In this document: positions 1-13,562 of the stretch, piece after piece | How the letters are laid out: every line of letters starts with the position of its first letter | How positions within the stretch are numbered: the stretch's first letter is position 1 | Source: Oculina patagonica | Lineage: Eukaryota | Direction: 5' to 3' | DNA length: 64,000 bases | NCBI RefSeq assembly: GCF_052425735.1 | Contig: NC_135758.1 | Coordinates: 7,068,001 to 7,132,000 of the forward strand | The notes under the pieces: generated by a model | The model's database searches: none | Told to the model about the DNA's origin: nothing | What the model saw: the letters and a program-made list of their open reading frames with translations, nothing else | Program-made: the position numbers and the translations under genes

Positions 1-492
1 CTTGAACTAAGCTTTTCATGTTGTTTCCGCGCGTCTTCAAAACATCAATATTTATAGCCGAAGTTTGATTTTCATCCGCAAATTAAGGTTATATCTTTCT
101 TTAGATGTTCAAAGACAATGTTTTTCATGGGTTAAGCTGCCTTCCACTAATTTCAGAACAGTTTACACTAAAAATGTGCGAAATCCAGTGACGTAAAACC
201 TTTTATCCCAATGCCTATTTCTTTTCAAGATCTTTTGTAGGTGGAAGGGTTTTAATACGAAGACAGGGTTATTATAAATATTCGGAGTTTGGGGCGGGGT
301 GGGGGGTTATTTTTATACACAGAAAACCGAATCAAACAAGAGCCTCGTATTTTCAGGTTTTTCTTAATATACTTAATTATTAGTATCTGCCATTTGTCAA
401 GTAAAATCAAACCATGATTTTTGGGTTTATTTAATTTTAAAGTGGTTTAAGGTTGAAACCAGACATGATATTTAGTATTCTTGTATTTTCAG

Positions 493-3400
493 GGAGTTGA
501 AAACATATACACTCAACATACGCCACTTTTGTCCGAAACACTGGACAGCCTGGCCAAAGGAAAATTAAGAGATACCCATTTTCCATACATCGGTTCGACA
601 GTGCTTCGCGACAGGTAACTTAAAACAGCGTTTAACCCTCGCAGCCCTAAGAGTGTTCTGCCTTAACTTTTTCCTAATCACAACAGTGCACATTTTTGAA
701 TACATCTTGTGAGAATTTAGGAGGTGATCGACACATCTATTGTCTTTATACATGTATGTTAGTAAATTATTTCAACTAGTCACAGCAAAAGCATGGAAAT
801 CGGACGGGAGAATTTATTTGAGATAGTGGGACTCGATTAGCTCAGTAGACAGTTGGAGTGTTTTTGCGTCAGTGCTTTCGGAAGATATCATATATTTGCT
901 TACATGAGTCTTGAACGGTGCCGCAGTAAATTTTCTAGCGCGAAATTTGAACCAACAGAGCAATTTGCTTTGCAGAGCTTTATAATGATTTAGGAAACCC
1001 GTTTAACGCCCTCCAGCCAATCAAAGAGAAGACGACGACGCCTTAGCCAATGAAATGCAGAACCCAATCTAAGGGTGGTATGGATCGCGACCACTATCGG
1101 ATTCATGTAGTACTGCACTTCACGGAAGCCATCACGATAGGCTTGGTTTGTAAAGTTTGGACCAGCAAATAACACTTAAATTCGCTTCAGTTGTATATAT
1201 AGTAGGAGTTTAAAGTATCATTGGCATGCCGTTAGGGTAAAATTTACGCTGATTCCTTTAACGTTTTGTATTTAATGTGTTTTCATTTGAAGGCCTCAAG
1301 AAATTATTGTGTTTATGGTTGGAGGCGCAACGTACGAAGAAGCGTATGCGGTTTACAACTTAAACAAGAGCCTGCCCGGAGTGAAAATTGTTCTTGGCGG
1401 CACTACAATTCATAACTGCAAGAGGTAAGCGTTGGCTTGCTTTTATCCATTTTTTTTTTATTAAACAACACTTGACAAATGTGTTTGTGTTTGTGTTTGA
1501 TTTCTTTTGTCGTGGATAGTTGTTATTTACAAGTGCAGTGTAACTTGCCAGGCTTACTGGACGTTAGAAACTTTCCCGCCATTTTGCAGCGCGCGGGGGG
1601 AGATTAACTGTGATTGGACAATTTAAAAGAAAAGTCGCACGCAGATTGGTTACATTTTGTACTGTGTTTTGAGTGGGAAAGGTTTTCTGGTTTTTTTTCA
1701 GACGGTTTTGTGACCATATCGAAAGTTCTGATTAATTCATTTACAGCTCCATGTAAAGAAATCTACAACTAAAACTGGCATATTTCTAGAAACCTCAAAG
1801 CTATTTATCTATAAATGGATTCTAACTTTAATAGGTTAGTAAGTTCGCGTCTAAAACAAATTACACAACGTATTTTTAAAAAAGTTTAAATTTTATCCTT
1901 TTCAACGGGGTTTTTAGTATAACTTGCTTTGTCAAACGTAAAACTAAAGTGAACAGACGCGTCCTTTTTTCTCCGTGTTGAGCAAAGCAAAGTTTATAAT
2001 TTCATTTATAAAGAAGCCAATTATGGAAAAAAAATTCTAATTGCCCTCAATCTGTTTTTCTGAAAATGTATACACAAGAGTGTTTGCGAGCTTTTTTTTC
2101 TTAAGATAAGGGTTATAGTTTTTTTTTCTCTTTTTTGGCACAAGGTTAGAGTTAGAAACACTTGTGAACTCTTAACAGCTGCCGAAACACTCGTGTATGG
2201 CTTTTGTGTTTGCAAAGCAACGAGCATTTCTCGTTTCTCCCGAAAATGTGTTCTCCTTCTTTTTTTGTCCCTTGTTTGTTTGGACTTTGAACTAGTTATG
2301 GTAATCTTCCATATTTTTTTTTCTTAAAGGACAGACCTACTAAACCACAAATTGTATTATGCGATGTGCAGAGTACATATTTGATCAGTTGTTTCAGAGC
2401 TTACTTGCCTGTTCATACATAAATCACCAAACCTGAATGCTTTTGAACATAAAGAAAAATATAATTTTTAAACAAAGATCTCTTTCACGTGCAGAACAAG
2501 ACGGCAACATTTTCAAAAGAACACAAAATATTAATATCAATTCAAATTTGCCTAAGCCTTCATATTTACTTCGTTAAATAAAAAGAAAATGAAAAAATTA
2601 GAAAGGCGGGGTTCCTTCAGTTAAATGTTTGGAATATATCAGGCTGGGTTTACTGAAACTTTTCGGAAAAGAAATCTTCGAAACGGATACCTTCACTCAA
2701 ATGTTCTATAAAAAAATAATAATGAAAAAAATCCAAAAATTCGGAGCAGGTCGTAGTGGACACGGTACTTCCATAATCACCGAGAAATGAGTACTTTTGC
2801 ATATGAATACTGTAATATTTGTTTGAAATGGCGCCAGATATGTGGATCGTAATGAGTGCTTCCTTTTCTTTAAAAGGTAACGTCGCTCAGTTGTTCACGT
2901 AGAGTTGATAGTTTTTGATAACTCATTCATGCGCGCACGTGCAATCATGGGACCTTAAACTGGGTTTGGTTTGAAATAGAAAGGCGAACTTGTAATGGCT
3001 TCTCGTTCAATCCCTCGTTTTCATACATTCTTCCTTGCTTACTTTAATTTATAAAAAGCCTGATATGAAGTTAGTGATGGAAATCAGAGAGGCTAACCTT
3101 GAAAAGTTGACCGTTGTACCAAAATTTTCCTCGTCTTTTTTCACTCCGACTCTCTTCATAAAATACTCGCAATGTACTAAGACAACAAAAAACAGACTGT
3201 AAATATATAGGTGACATTAGTGACGTATTTACCGCGCACATCAAAGTATTCTTTTTTGTTATCGGACCCGTCATATGCCGGAAAGCGATGGCACAACTGT
3301 CATGTGTCGTAGATTTTAAATTGTGTTTAAATCAATAGAATCTAAAAGGACTTCCATGCTCCTTCCGCTCTCTAGCTGTGTAACAATTTTTCACTTGCGT

Positions 3401-5794
3401 TCGGATCTCATAAACGAAATTGCTTTTCCTCAGACACTTAGATGCATTTAGTTTTAGAAGTGCTGAATTTGAATAAGAAAGAATAGCGAGTCACGTTTTG
3501 TGAGTGTGACTCGTGTGTTATTTCATGTTCTAGTAAATATATTTTTTCTTGATAGAGCATTTTCTAAATATGTAGATGGTGTATCTTCGTTCCTCATTCA
3601 GCCAAAAAAAAAGGAAAGAAAAACGTAATCTGAAAGGAATGCCTCTCCTCTCATTTATTTTTCAATCTAAATTGTCGTAAGGCGATTCAATTCTACCTTC
3701 ATTTGAAGAAACCATTAGGAGTTAAAAGTGGTATTGCCATTTTTGTTTAAAAAGTCTGCACGGCGAAAGATAAAGAGAACAGCCAGCTATCTTTCAAGCT
3801 AAATTGTTGCTGCGGAGACGATTATTTCTCTACTTACACCTGTGGAAGCTTTTATGAATTGAAATTGTGTATCGCGACGCCTCAAAACTCGAATTCCTCA
3901 TACTGACTACAGTATATTTCTTCTAATATCTCCTAGTTGATGAATTTCTATATTCTCATCATATATCTGCTTAGGAATATATTGCTTTTGTAATGAGAAT
4001 AGAGACATTGATGTTGGTGTCTTCTTGGTTAGCCTGCGCGCAGACGTTGCCATGTTTTTCATTTGTTTTGAGAGTTAATCTTGTAAATAAAGAGGAAATG
4101 TCAAAGTAATTTAGGTTTTAATTTGTGCCTTCCGCTAAAGCTTTGTAAGCAACGCTTTGTGCTTGTGTTTATACCACATAAATGGAGTTAATCTTCATTT
4201 TATACTTGGAAAACATGCGATTTTAAACGTGTTGAATTTGAATAAAAAACCGAGTCACAGATTTGTAAAGTGTGGTTCGTGTTCACTTGCATGTATCACA
4301 TATCTTCGTTCGTTCGAGAAAGTAAAGAGTAAAAACCAGGGTTGTTTTACGATATGACAATCAAAATATCTTTTTCCTCATTTAGCAAAAACGCTAGTGT
4401 GTAGAAAAATTAGTGAAAATGGATAAAAAAATGTTTCCCTTTAGTGGAGAAAGAAGTCTCACGGTTCTGGAAACCTTTTTGTTACTTCAATACAGTTTTC
4501 CCCAGTTGATGTTTTTCTATTTTCTCCTTACCTATGTCTGTGACAATATGTTAATATTTTTTTAGAGAACTTACGATTTGATAATTTTGAAAAATTATTA
4601 AAATGGTCAATTCTAGTTTTGTCCTTTATTTTTCTCTTCAAAGTACTCTTGCGCAGTGTTTTTCATTTGTTTTGGTAATTAACATGTAAATTTGAGGATT
4701 TATCATGTCAACAAAAAGGCCAAATGTCAAAAGAAGTTAGGACTTGATTTAGATTGTGCAAATGTTGCGAGAGAGCAATTATAAGCCTAATTAGAAAATG
4801 GATTCATTATGAGTTGTGTGTGTTTTAGACGCCGGATGAATAGAAGGGTCAAACTGTTCAATGTAAATATAAAGCGCATTTAGGAAATTGCATGAAACTT
4901 AAAATGAGGTCACGAAGGTGATATTTTTGCTTTTTGTTGATTTTTCTAGCCTTTCTTTTTGTTCGACGTTCACCTTGGCAGCGTGCACAATGGAACAAAA
5001 CCAAATAAAAATACTCAGAATGTAAACATATCTAAAATTAACGCAAATTTCCAACAGAAATTTGACTTTTTTTGTTCAAAAGAAATCATAATTCCTTGTG
5101 TCACGTGAAATTTATCACGTGATGTTGACAAATATGGAAAGCCTTTTCACTTAAAGGGACTGTGTCACGGCTGAGTTAAGTTTATTTCATAAAGTTTCGA
5201 CAAATACTCGGAATGAAACTTAATGTTTGCAAAAAAATTGCTTTTTTGGATCTATAAATGACAAAATCATAGCTTTATTGCAACCAAATATGTTTTCCGC
5301 GCGTTATAATTTCAAGTTACAAACAAACGAGATTAACTTTGAAAACTGTTCAGCCCAACAACATTAAAAACCCATATCGCAGTCCGTTTCAATTCTCGTC
5401 ACTTTTGGCCATCCGTACCTTCTTTTGTATTTATTGTATCACTGAAATGTCCCTTCATTATTTGAAGAGGTTTTTTTTTATAGTGTGCCGAATTTGATTG
5501 TCATTTCCCATGCCTCAATTTGGCTAAAACCGTGACACAGTCCCTTTAATTGACATTTAAAAAACGCAACATGTGCCTTTTCTAGCACTTTTATAACATT
5601 CTTGAAACTTACTGCCTGCTGATAAAACTGATAACTGATGATAATTTGATAAAGTCTAACAAATTTCCTTTTTATTCTTTCGCAGTTTTTTAGACGAAGT
5701 TATTCATTCCACTGGCCAAGGGGCGGTATCTAGAGCCCGGGCTTCCTCGGGCGGAGCACATTACAGATCGTCTTACACGTCATCGTTTTTCTGA
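493..5794 (+). CDS. VPS45: VPS45, last three coding exons (duplicate copy)
   Basis: Exons 493-614 ([13 protein letters not shown]...LRDR), 1293-1424 ([17 protein letters not shown]...[11 protein letters not shown]) and 5686-5794 (FLDEV...SSFF*). All are GT-AG and phase-compatible. One A/V difference from the other copy in the last exon. Confidence 0.9.
5155..5545. mobile_element. Kolobok-type non-autonomous DNA element
   Basis: TTAA-AGGGACTGTGTCACGG...CCGTGACACAGTCCCT-TTAA: 16-bp perfect TIR and TTAA TSD. The duplicate lies at 31636-32026. Confidence 0.75.
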
Positions 5795-8687
5795 GCTACA
5801 TCGATAGTAATTTACAAGGCTATTATTAGGAATTTTCTGCTTAGGAAATCAACCACGACTGCAACCAGAACGACGCCGCACAGTAGGTTTATCGAGCAGT
5901 AGAATGATAGCCGTCCTCTACAACCAAATTCTGTTTAATTTATGTTGAGCACAAAGGTACGGCCGGCAAAATTGTTGCGCTTTCTTGAGTGGCTCTAGAA
6001 GTTCTTAAGTAAAAAATAAATTCATCTCGTTTTGTTTTTTACGTCCTTGGCGTCGCTGTTGTGGTTGCTTTTATAACTCCCACCATCTCTAAAGTTAAGT
6101 ACAAAGCGTACACAACGAAATAGATCCATATGAAGAAATTCTTAATGTTTTCAGTAAGATTAAAATTTTGAACAATAATCCAATAAATAGTTTAAAGTTG
6201 TTCTTTCACGCTGGTATTTGTTAGGAGAGAGAATGGATTCCATGCAGTTGAAACTGATCGTTACCACATTCTTACAATCCAGCTTTCGAAAAAATGTGGC
6301 GGTTGTACATTTCACCACAAAACCTTGCGAACCTAACACAGCCAATAGAGCACAAAAAAAAAAAAAACATTTCTGCGAACTTCGTCCATGTACTAACAAC
6401 ATTCTTCGTGCAGGGTTTGAAGTTTTTAGTTTCTGTGCGTTTTTACGAGCGTTTTTAGCTTTTTGCGCGCTAGGAACTATAAGTAAATGTACGTTTTCGC
6501 GTTGGACCGCTGTAGCAATTAGCATTCAGTTAGTTTCCCGTACATTGAACTTTTTGCGGACGCTTTTGTCTCCTGACTGGAATAGTGACGCGCAGAAAAA
6601 TTAAAAGTTGTCGAATAAGAGCACCTCGAACACCTAAAATGAAAACACATATGCACAGTAAAACAAAGAAAGAAACTTAGCTCCAAGCCGAAAGTGTTAA
6701 TTTCTACTTACTGCTTATAAGCATACATTTCTTTTAATGTTAAGTAAAAAAAAGTTAGCGATGCAGCAATTTTAGACATCATGCGTCTCTAATTGAGGAT
6801 GTCTTAGTTGCGCCAAATGTCTGGACGAAAATGTGTTGATGTTGTATAAAAATAAACTTCAGTACTTTATACATTATGTAACTTTGAGATTAAAGATTGA
6901 AATACCATCACAAGTGTGCTTTTGTTCAATGCCATACACTGATAACTTTTACGCCGGTTATCGGAGAAGTGATATAAAATGGCTTGCACGAGACACGCGA
7001 GAGCGATGTCTTTTCGATGCCAAACATTTTCGTCTCCAGATGGATGCCAAAACTCCCACACTTATGACGTAATAACCCCCGACTGCTGTCTGATCGCTTG
7101 TTTATTTTGAGCGAAAATTCTAAGCTAAGCAACAACAACTAATACCTCGAGAGGGGGTACAATTAAACGTCCATCTCGTAAAATAATTTCTTGTCCGTCG
7201 ATTCTTGTACTTGTTAATTAATTAGTTTTGAGCGCTTTCGGGCCACTGGTTTATCGTTCACAAAAAAAAACTCATTGCCCACGCTTTATTGCAATAGAAA
7301 GCGAAATATTTCTTGAAATCGCCAAATTAAAAAGTCTTGGCGAGACCATATGCCCTTCCCACGGTTTAATTGTTTTCCATGCTACTGTGATAATTACGAT
7401 CATTTTCAGTACTTTTTATTAGAATTTTTAAAAATCCAAAAGTTTGGTAATACTGCCTTCGAGTGAAAAGATGTAAAAATAAAAGAAAAAAAAGTAAACG
7501 TGAATCACGCTTTATTGGCTTTGGTCGTATTTTGATTGGCTCTATGTGAAATGACAGCCAATAGCATTCGATAATTCATTTTAGCCCTCTCAATTATCCG
7601 GCTTTCAAGCAGTTCAAAGCTTAGAAAAAACATATTACCTTCTAGTGGAAAAAGAGCTATAGCGATGTAATGAGAAAGAGTACGCTATCTTAAGGCGGGT
7701 ATTCACCTGAAGGCCGTTTTTCACCATGGGTTTAACGGAAATATCTCGTTCGTGTCCAAGGAATCTAAAAACCCTTCACTCATATCTTTTGCGGTGTTTG
7801 TAACTTTTTTGGGAAATTTTGGGGGATGTTTTGTAGGAGATAGTTTTTCTTAAAGAATAAGTACAATTTAGAGAAATAAGAAATATTGGAGATTTAATGT
7901 GTTTTTAAAATTAGAATTTGAAGTTAAAAATTAGTAGACGGACACCAGACCGTCTCCTGACAACCTGGAGTGCTCTTGCGTGAGGTCCAACTGTCTGGTG
8001 GTGTTTCAATTTTTTTTTTATTCAATCCCTTTTTGAACCTTAAAAAATTTCATTCAAACTCAGGTAGAACCCCACCTTATATATATTTGTCACATAAACA
8101 TTGGACAATTTTCCTCGTCACACGAGCAAAAAAGAGAAAATTGTCACCAAAAAATTACTCGTGTAAACTGGCCTTTTAATTGGCCGGCTGTAAAGTGAAA
8201 TGTTGATGGTCTAACGTTGGAGATGTCAACTGTGAGGGCGGACATGTATGAAGTAGCTCAAGGCTCAAACAATTTCCCCAGTCAATATTTTGTGAGCAAA
8301 CTAAAGTTTGTGAGATAAGATGACAATTGTTTGACCGATGTGAGACAGCAGATGTCGGCATCAGTTTTTCATTTTTAAAAGTATTAAAATAGCTCACGAC
8401 AAGAGATAGTGGTCTAAGTCAAGAGTGTACAGAGCGAAAAAATAGATTATGCTGAATAGTTTGTGCAGCAAAGGGAAAGAGAAAAACAAATTTGCGAATT
8501 AAATTAATGGCCACTCACTCACAGTTATCTACACAAGATCGAAAACGGGAAAATTTGTTGTTTGGTAAATATAACGCATCAGGTTTTTACGAACAGCCTT
8601 TTGCATCTGGCAGGAAAAAGCAAAATAGTGAAAACTAAATTTATAATACTTTACTGATCTAGTCAAGTTAGATGGGCAATACTTATT

Positions 8688-10474
8688 CAAAGCCATCGAT
8701 AACAAAATCCACCTGACCATTTAACTATAATTTAAATTAAGCGGCTCAAAAGAATGGTTGAATAACTAAAGAAGACTGGATATCGGCTCGCAAATAAAAT
8801 GCACAAAAGCACCGACAAAAGAAAATTAAATGAGAAGCAAACGAAATTTTAAAGTATATAACCTACCTCAGCCAGGAGAATAGTAAATATTTTATGATTA
8901 GATATACGGACACAAACGAGTAGCACCGAGGCGAAAGCGACGGCTTGAGAAATGAACCAGGCCCGGACCAAATCTAATTTTATGTAGGCAGGGTTGCTTG
9001 GTAACACTGATAACGTCAGCCGAGTCGAACCGACGTGACTCTTCTAATGACATGAAAGGCTGTTTCGCAATATGGCCAAGCCGTAAAAGGCTTAGGATAA
9101 GCGAAATCAAAACTATCAACTGCAACAACAGATAAACAACAAGCTGAGAAAATTGTCGCAAGGCAGAGGCCAGAGTTTATTTATTCTTAAAGGTCACTAG
9201 ATCGTAGCGTGTTTGAGAGTGTTCGAGAGTCAATAATCAGTTACAGAAGAGTTCTCAGTTTTAAAGGAGAACACTAATTTAAAGTTTATTACTTTTCACA
9301 AGTTTTGCTATCCATATGCGGAAGATATGTGTTTCCAGATGCCGCAAGTACGAAGAACAAAATTTGTGCATTGTAAATTTTAATATATTGTACATGTAAA
9401 GTAGTAGAGTGTCCCCAATTAGCTTCTGTTAGCTAAATACTCACCCAGACATTTCAATGAAGTTATTATAGAATGTGAAATGAACCAGGTTTGTTTACTC
9501 GTGCAAATTTTTGCTAAAAGGAAAATATCGTAAGAACTGAAATTCAATTTAAAGAATTACTTGTTCGCTCCTGTCTGTGAGCTATAGTAACCCATTTGAA
9601 GTTCTGATGGAAGGAATTTTAGCTTTAAGTTGTAGAAATATATGAAACTTAGTAAAACGTAGTTCAATTGAGAACAAAGAACCTTGAAGGTGTCAACCCT
9701 CGCGAGCGAATTTAGTTTTTTTTTAATGAGGTAAGCGAGTCTTTAGTTATCATTTAATATGCGCGCTCGGACTAAGAAGTGCGAACAAATCTGTAACACA
9801 ATTAAATAGTTCGTCTCAGCAAAATTAGTTATCTTGCACTTTCGCAGCTGAAAACACCTCTAACAGAAAGCAATAAGTTTTAAAATATAAAACAGATTTT
9901 AAGCTACCTATACAATGAATATATTTTCTTAAATGTTCGTGTTTCCTAAGTTATAAAATATAAGTTTACAACAGTGGTTAGCCAACAGTTGTAGCGCGAG
10001 TTCACACTCACAAATACAAAGCCATCGATAAACTTAAAAAAAAGAGAGATTATAGTTTTCCTCAGCTCAAAAAAAAAATGGCTGAATAACTAACGAAGAC
10101 TGGATATCGGCTTTTAAATAAAATGCGCGAAGCACTGACAAAAGCAAAACTAAATGAAAAGCAAATGAAAATTAAAAGTATATAACCTACCTTAGCCAGG
10201 AGAATAGTAATATTTTATGTCGGTTTAGATAAACTGACACAAACGAGTAGCAACGAGGCGAAAGTGACGGCTTGAGAAATGAACCAGGACGCCCCTTTAT
10301 TCTAGTTTTATGTAGGCAGGGTTGCTTGGCAACTCTCAAAACGTAAGCAGCGACGTCGAACCGACGTGACTCTTCTAATGACATCAAAGGCTGTTTCACA
10401 ATATGGCCATGCAGAAAAAGGCGTGGGATAAGCGAAATAAAAACTATCAACTGCAACTTACAGCAGATAAACAA
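8688..10474. repeat. Local direct duplication, two ~450-bp units (8688-9140 and 10017-10474)
   Basis: Long shared tracts such as gaagactggatatcggct, gacggcttgagaaatgaaccagg and ttttatgtaggcagggttgcttgg. Repeated at about 35203-37001. Confidence 0.85.
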
Positions 10475-11896
10475 GAAGGTGACTGAAAATAGCGACCTGG
10501 GGCCATTTAAAAGGAATGGGAATAGTAAACACTCGAATTACAGGAAGTTTGCATGAGAAATAATTTCAAATAAGTTCTTTCTTGAAACGTTATAGAGAAA
10601 AATCGTACATGTTTCAAACACACAATTCGCAACAATTTGTTATACATTCATGCAGGTACTGATACAGTCGAAATTCTGTCAGTATAAAGATATTTCGTTA
10701 CTTTCTTGAAAATTCAGGGTCTAATTTCAGGAACCTTAAAAGCGTCCGGTTTTAACTGATGAAACCTTTTAAACGTGATACCAAAGAGTTTTCTTTTTAA
10801 CTTTCGTAGAATCAATTAACAAGGAAATGACTTCTGGTTGATTGCAACTTACGGAAATATCGTAATAAACCACTCTGATCGACCTAAGTTATGAACCATG
10901 AGGCCGGTAAATACTTGCGGATATTCCTAAAAAAAAAATCATTTAACTGGTACGTCTCCGAGGATGAATGAATGAATGGATAACTTTATTTTTCGATGTA
11001 CGGTATAACCGCTTTAGGTTACAGGATATTACAGTGATATTGTGCAACAGCCGGAAATTATGTTGCATAAATAGTAGTCAAGGTCACAATTAAAGTGCGA
11101 AAATAGACTAATAGAACATACACGTAAGAGTCCGAGAGCCTAGAGGCAGTTAGTACAGCCTAGAGAAAGCTAGAAAAAATTAGATAAAGCTAGAAAAATA
11201 AAAATAAAAAACTAGAAAAATAAGTCTGTAAAGAAGATGTTATTCGCGACATTTTCCCCGCCGTTTCTGAGTTTTCCTCGCCTCGGTAAGTGCCCTTACT
11301 TGGGTGTCCAAACCATTTCTCGGAGCAGAAAAGAGAGGCTGCTTTTAAAGTGTTTCTTCAAACGCGCCTTGTAACCTACTGTATCACGTTTCAAACTAGT
11401 TTGCATAACTTGCGTATAATGAAAAAAAGGTGAACATGAAATATCCTTGTTTACAGTTCATTTTCCTTGTTTTTAACTTCATGAAGATACAAGACCTATA
11501 TAGGTCCCGTAAACTAACGTGCTATTTTTCTCGTAAAAAAAGTTTTATGCAACACCCCCATTTCTTTTGCGTAAATGACACTTCAGTGCACACTTACGAA
11601 AATCGTTAGTGAAGTAACTTATGTGTACTGCGTAAGTTGACCACTTAAGTGATTTAATGCAACTCACTTAAGTTACGAGTACACCTACGTACACCCGTAA
11701 GTGTTACGGGCGTTTTATGCAACCGGGCCCTTGTTCCCCTACAGGTCGGTTCTCTTAACATCCTGAGAAACAAAAAATGATGTTCAAATCACATACAAAA
11801 ATAATGAATTACGAACACTAGGCTTTACAGTTGAAGAAGTTGGCTGAATTAAAACGAGATACCGGCCAAAGTCTATTTGTCCATCGAAGCTCGATA

Positions 11897-12017
11897 TAGC
11901 CTGCGAGCAGGCTCCCCTTGCGGCACGCGCGAATATACCTTGGGGCACTCGCAACTGGTGAGCGAAGCGGTACAGCGGGGGTGAGACTGGTGGAGAGGTG
12001 AGCCTGCACGCAGGCTA
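11897..12017. mobile_element. Small TIR element with TAG...CTA ends
   Basis: TAGCCTGCGAGCAGGCT...AGCCTGCACGCAGGCTA. No clear TSD. The duplicate lies at 38653-38773. Confidence 0.55.
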
Positions 12018-12302
12018 GGTTCTGGGACTCAGTCGTCATTCAAATGTTCTACGAACAGAGTCACAATCAAGCCTGTTATTCGCAATCTTCAAAACCTCGT
12101 CGTGAATTCAGACTCTGTTGACCTTGTATCATCAAGGAAGATTATGTTCGTTGAAAGCGGGATGGCGAAAGGTCCTGTCTTGCAATTCTGGACAACGCTT
12201 GGCAAATTCTACAGTGGCACTAGCATTTCACGATATCGATCTTGATAAATTACGAATGAAGCGTATTGTTCCTTGACGCTCAGCTCAAACACCGTTTGGA
12301 AA

Positions 12303-13562
12303 TTAAAGGTTTTCTTCCCTTGGCTTATTTTGCACGCCACGTTGAACATGGATTATTGCAGTTGTTGTCAGAATGGACGATTGATGCTTTTGGAGTATCT
12401 CCCCTTCGAAGCAGGTATTCCGCTGCGCAGGTGTGAACACTGATCTCTTCAACATATTTTTATTATTTTGACGAAAACAATCTTCAACCGTGGCTATATT
12501 GCAGGATTCCGATCTTAACAAGCGGGTGTCTTTTACCGCGCTTTCAACTTCGGGCACATTTTTCTGTGAATCTCTCTGGACCATCCGTCTGACAGATCGC
12601 ATAGCGCCAACTGCTGGCTGGATTGCTCGACGTTTTTTAAGTCCCAATAGCTCTTGCACGGCGGTTCTAAAACGGCGGTCCCTATAGCAGTAAATGATAG
12701 GGTTTATTAAAGAGTTCAAGTACACACATGTCTCCCCCGACCGGAAAACCGAACTTGTAACACTGAAGAACCACATAACAGCCCATGGAGCAAACGAGAA
12801 CAACACCACTGCGGTTACCATGAAAGTCGTCTTGGCAACTTTGGATTCGAGTTTGGCTTTAACTAAGGCGGTGACCTGGTTGTTTTTGTTTATCTTTCCT
12901 TTCCGTACTCCAAGGTATACCAAGATGTAGAAGTAAAATATCAATATTACGAAAATAATCCCCACAACAACAAGGCCGGTGTACCAGCCTTCGACAACAC
13001 TGTTGTCAACCCCAGCCCATTGCATCACATCACCTAAAACCGCTACAAAAAACATTGACAACCAGCCGGCTATGGCGAGCTTTTTGACGCGATCTGTTGT
13101 GATGATCACCTTGCAATCCATCCATTTTCGTATCGCTACATATCTTTCCCAAGCAATCACAGTTAAATGATACAAAGAACACATGCAAAGAAAATCGTTC
13201 AAGCTCACGTTGAGCGCATCTAATAGACAAATATGTGCAAACGAAGTTTGGCGATATATTATTATATCAACAGCGACAGACAACGGTATAGCTACAGCTC
13301 CAATAAGAAGATCTGTAACAGCCATGCTCGACAGCAGAATGGCCGAGGGCTTTTCAAGTACTTTCTTTTTCCCCATTGCTACAATCACTAATGCGTTCAA
13401 AACAATGGTACAAGGAGACGTAATGCATCGGATAGCGACTAAAATCCAGGCGTAGATGGTGTTATCCAAGTCCCAAGTAAAGTTTGGTGTTGATGGACAA
13501 TAAAACACTGACCTGATATTGCTGGAAGAGTTGGCGAGTGATTCTGTGGTGTTGAAGTCCAT
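12303..13562 (-). CDS. Intronless class A (rhodopsin-family) GPCR, 419 aa, copy or allele 1
   Basis: Seven hydrophobic segments, N-terminal sequons, TM1 LN, TM2 MAVTDLL, TM3 WERY, TM7 NPIIY and a long C-tail. The ligand class cannot be assigned. Confidence 0.92.
   Translation of the reverse strand: MDFNTTESLANSSSNIRSVFYCPSTPNFTWDLDNTIYAWILVAIRCITSPCTIVLNALVIVAMGKKKVLEKPSAILLSSMAVTDLLIGAVAIPLSVAVDIIIYRQTSFAHICLLDALNVSLNDFLCMCSLYHLTVIAWERYVAIRKWMDCKVIITTDRVKKLAIAGWLSMFFVAVLGDVMQWAGVDNSVVEGWYTGLVVVGIIFVILIFYFYILVYLGVRKGKINKNNQVTALVKAKLESKVAKTTFMVTAVVLFSFAPWAVMWFFSVTSSVFRSGETCVYLNSLINPIIYCYRDRRFRTAVQELLGLKKRRAIQPAVGAMRSVRRMVQRDSQKNVPEVESAVKDTRLLRSESCNIATVEDCFRQNNKNMLKRSVFTPAQRNTCFEGEILQKHQSSILTTTAIIHVQRGVQNKPREENL

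Noticed and set aside
3400-4760. Old ~700-bp tandem duplication in the last VPS45 intron
   Set aside because: Similarity is patchy, with no coding or structural signal.
8898-9161. Secreted peptide ORF with a hydrophobic N-terminus
   Set aside because: It has no ATG start, and the frame is not conserved with the paralogous unit towards its C-terminal end.
12490-13455. Plus-strand ORFs over the GPCRs (also 22674-22919 and 39246-40211)
   Set aside because: Antisense shadows of real coding sequence.
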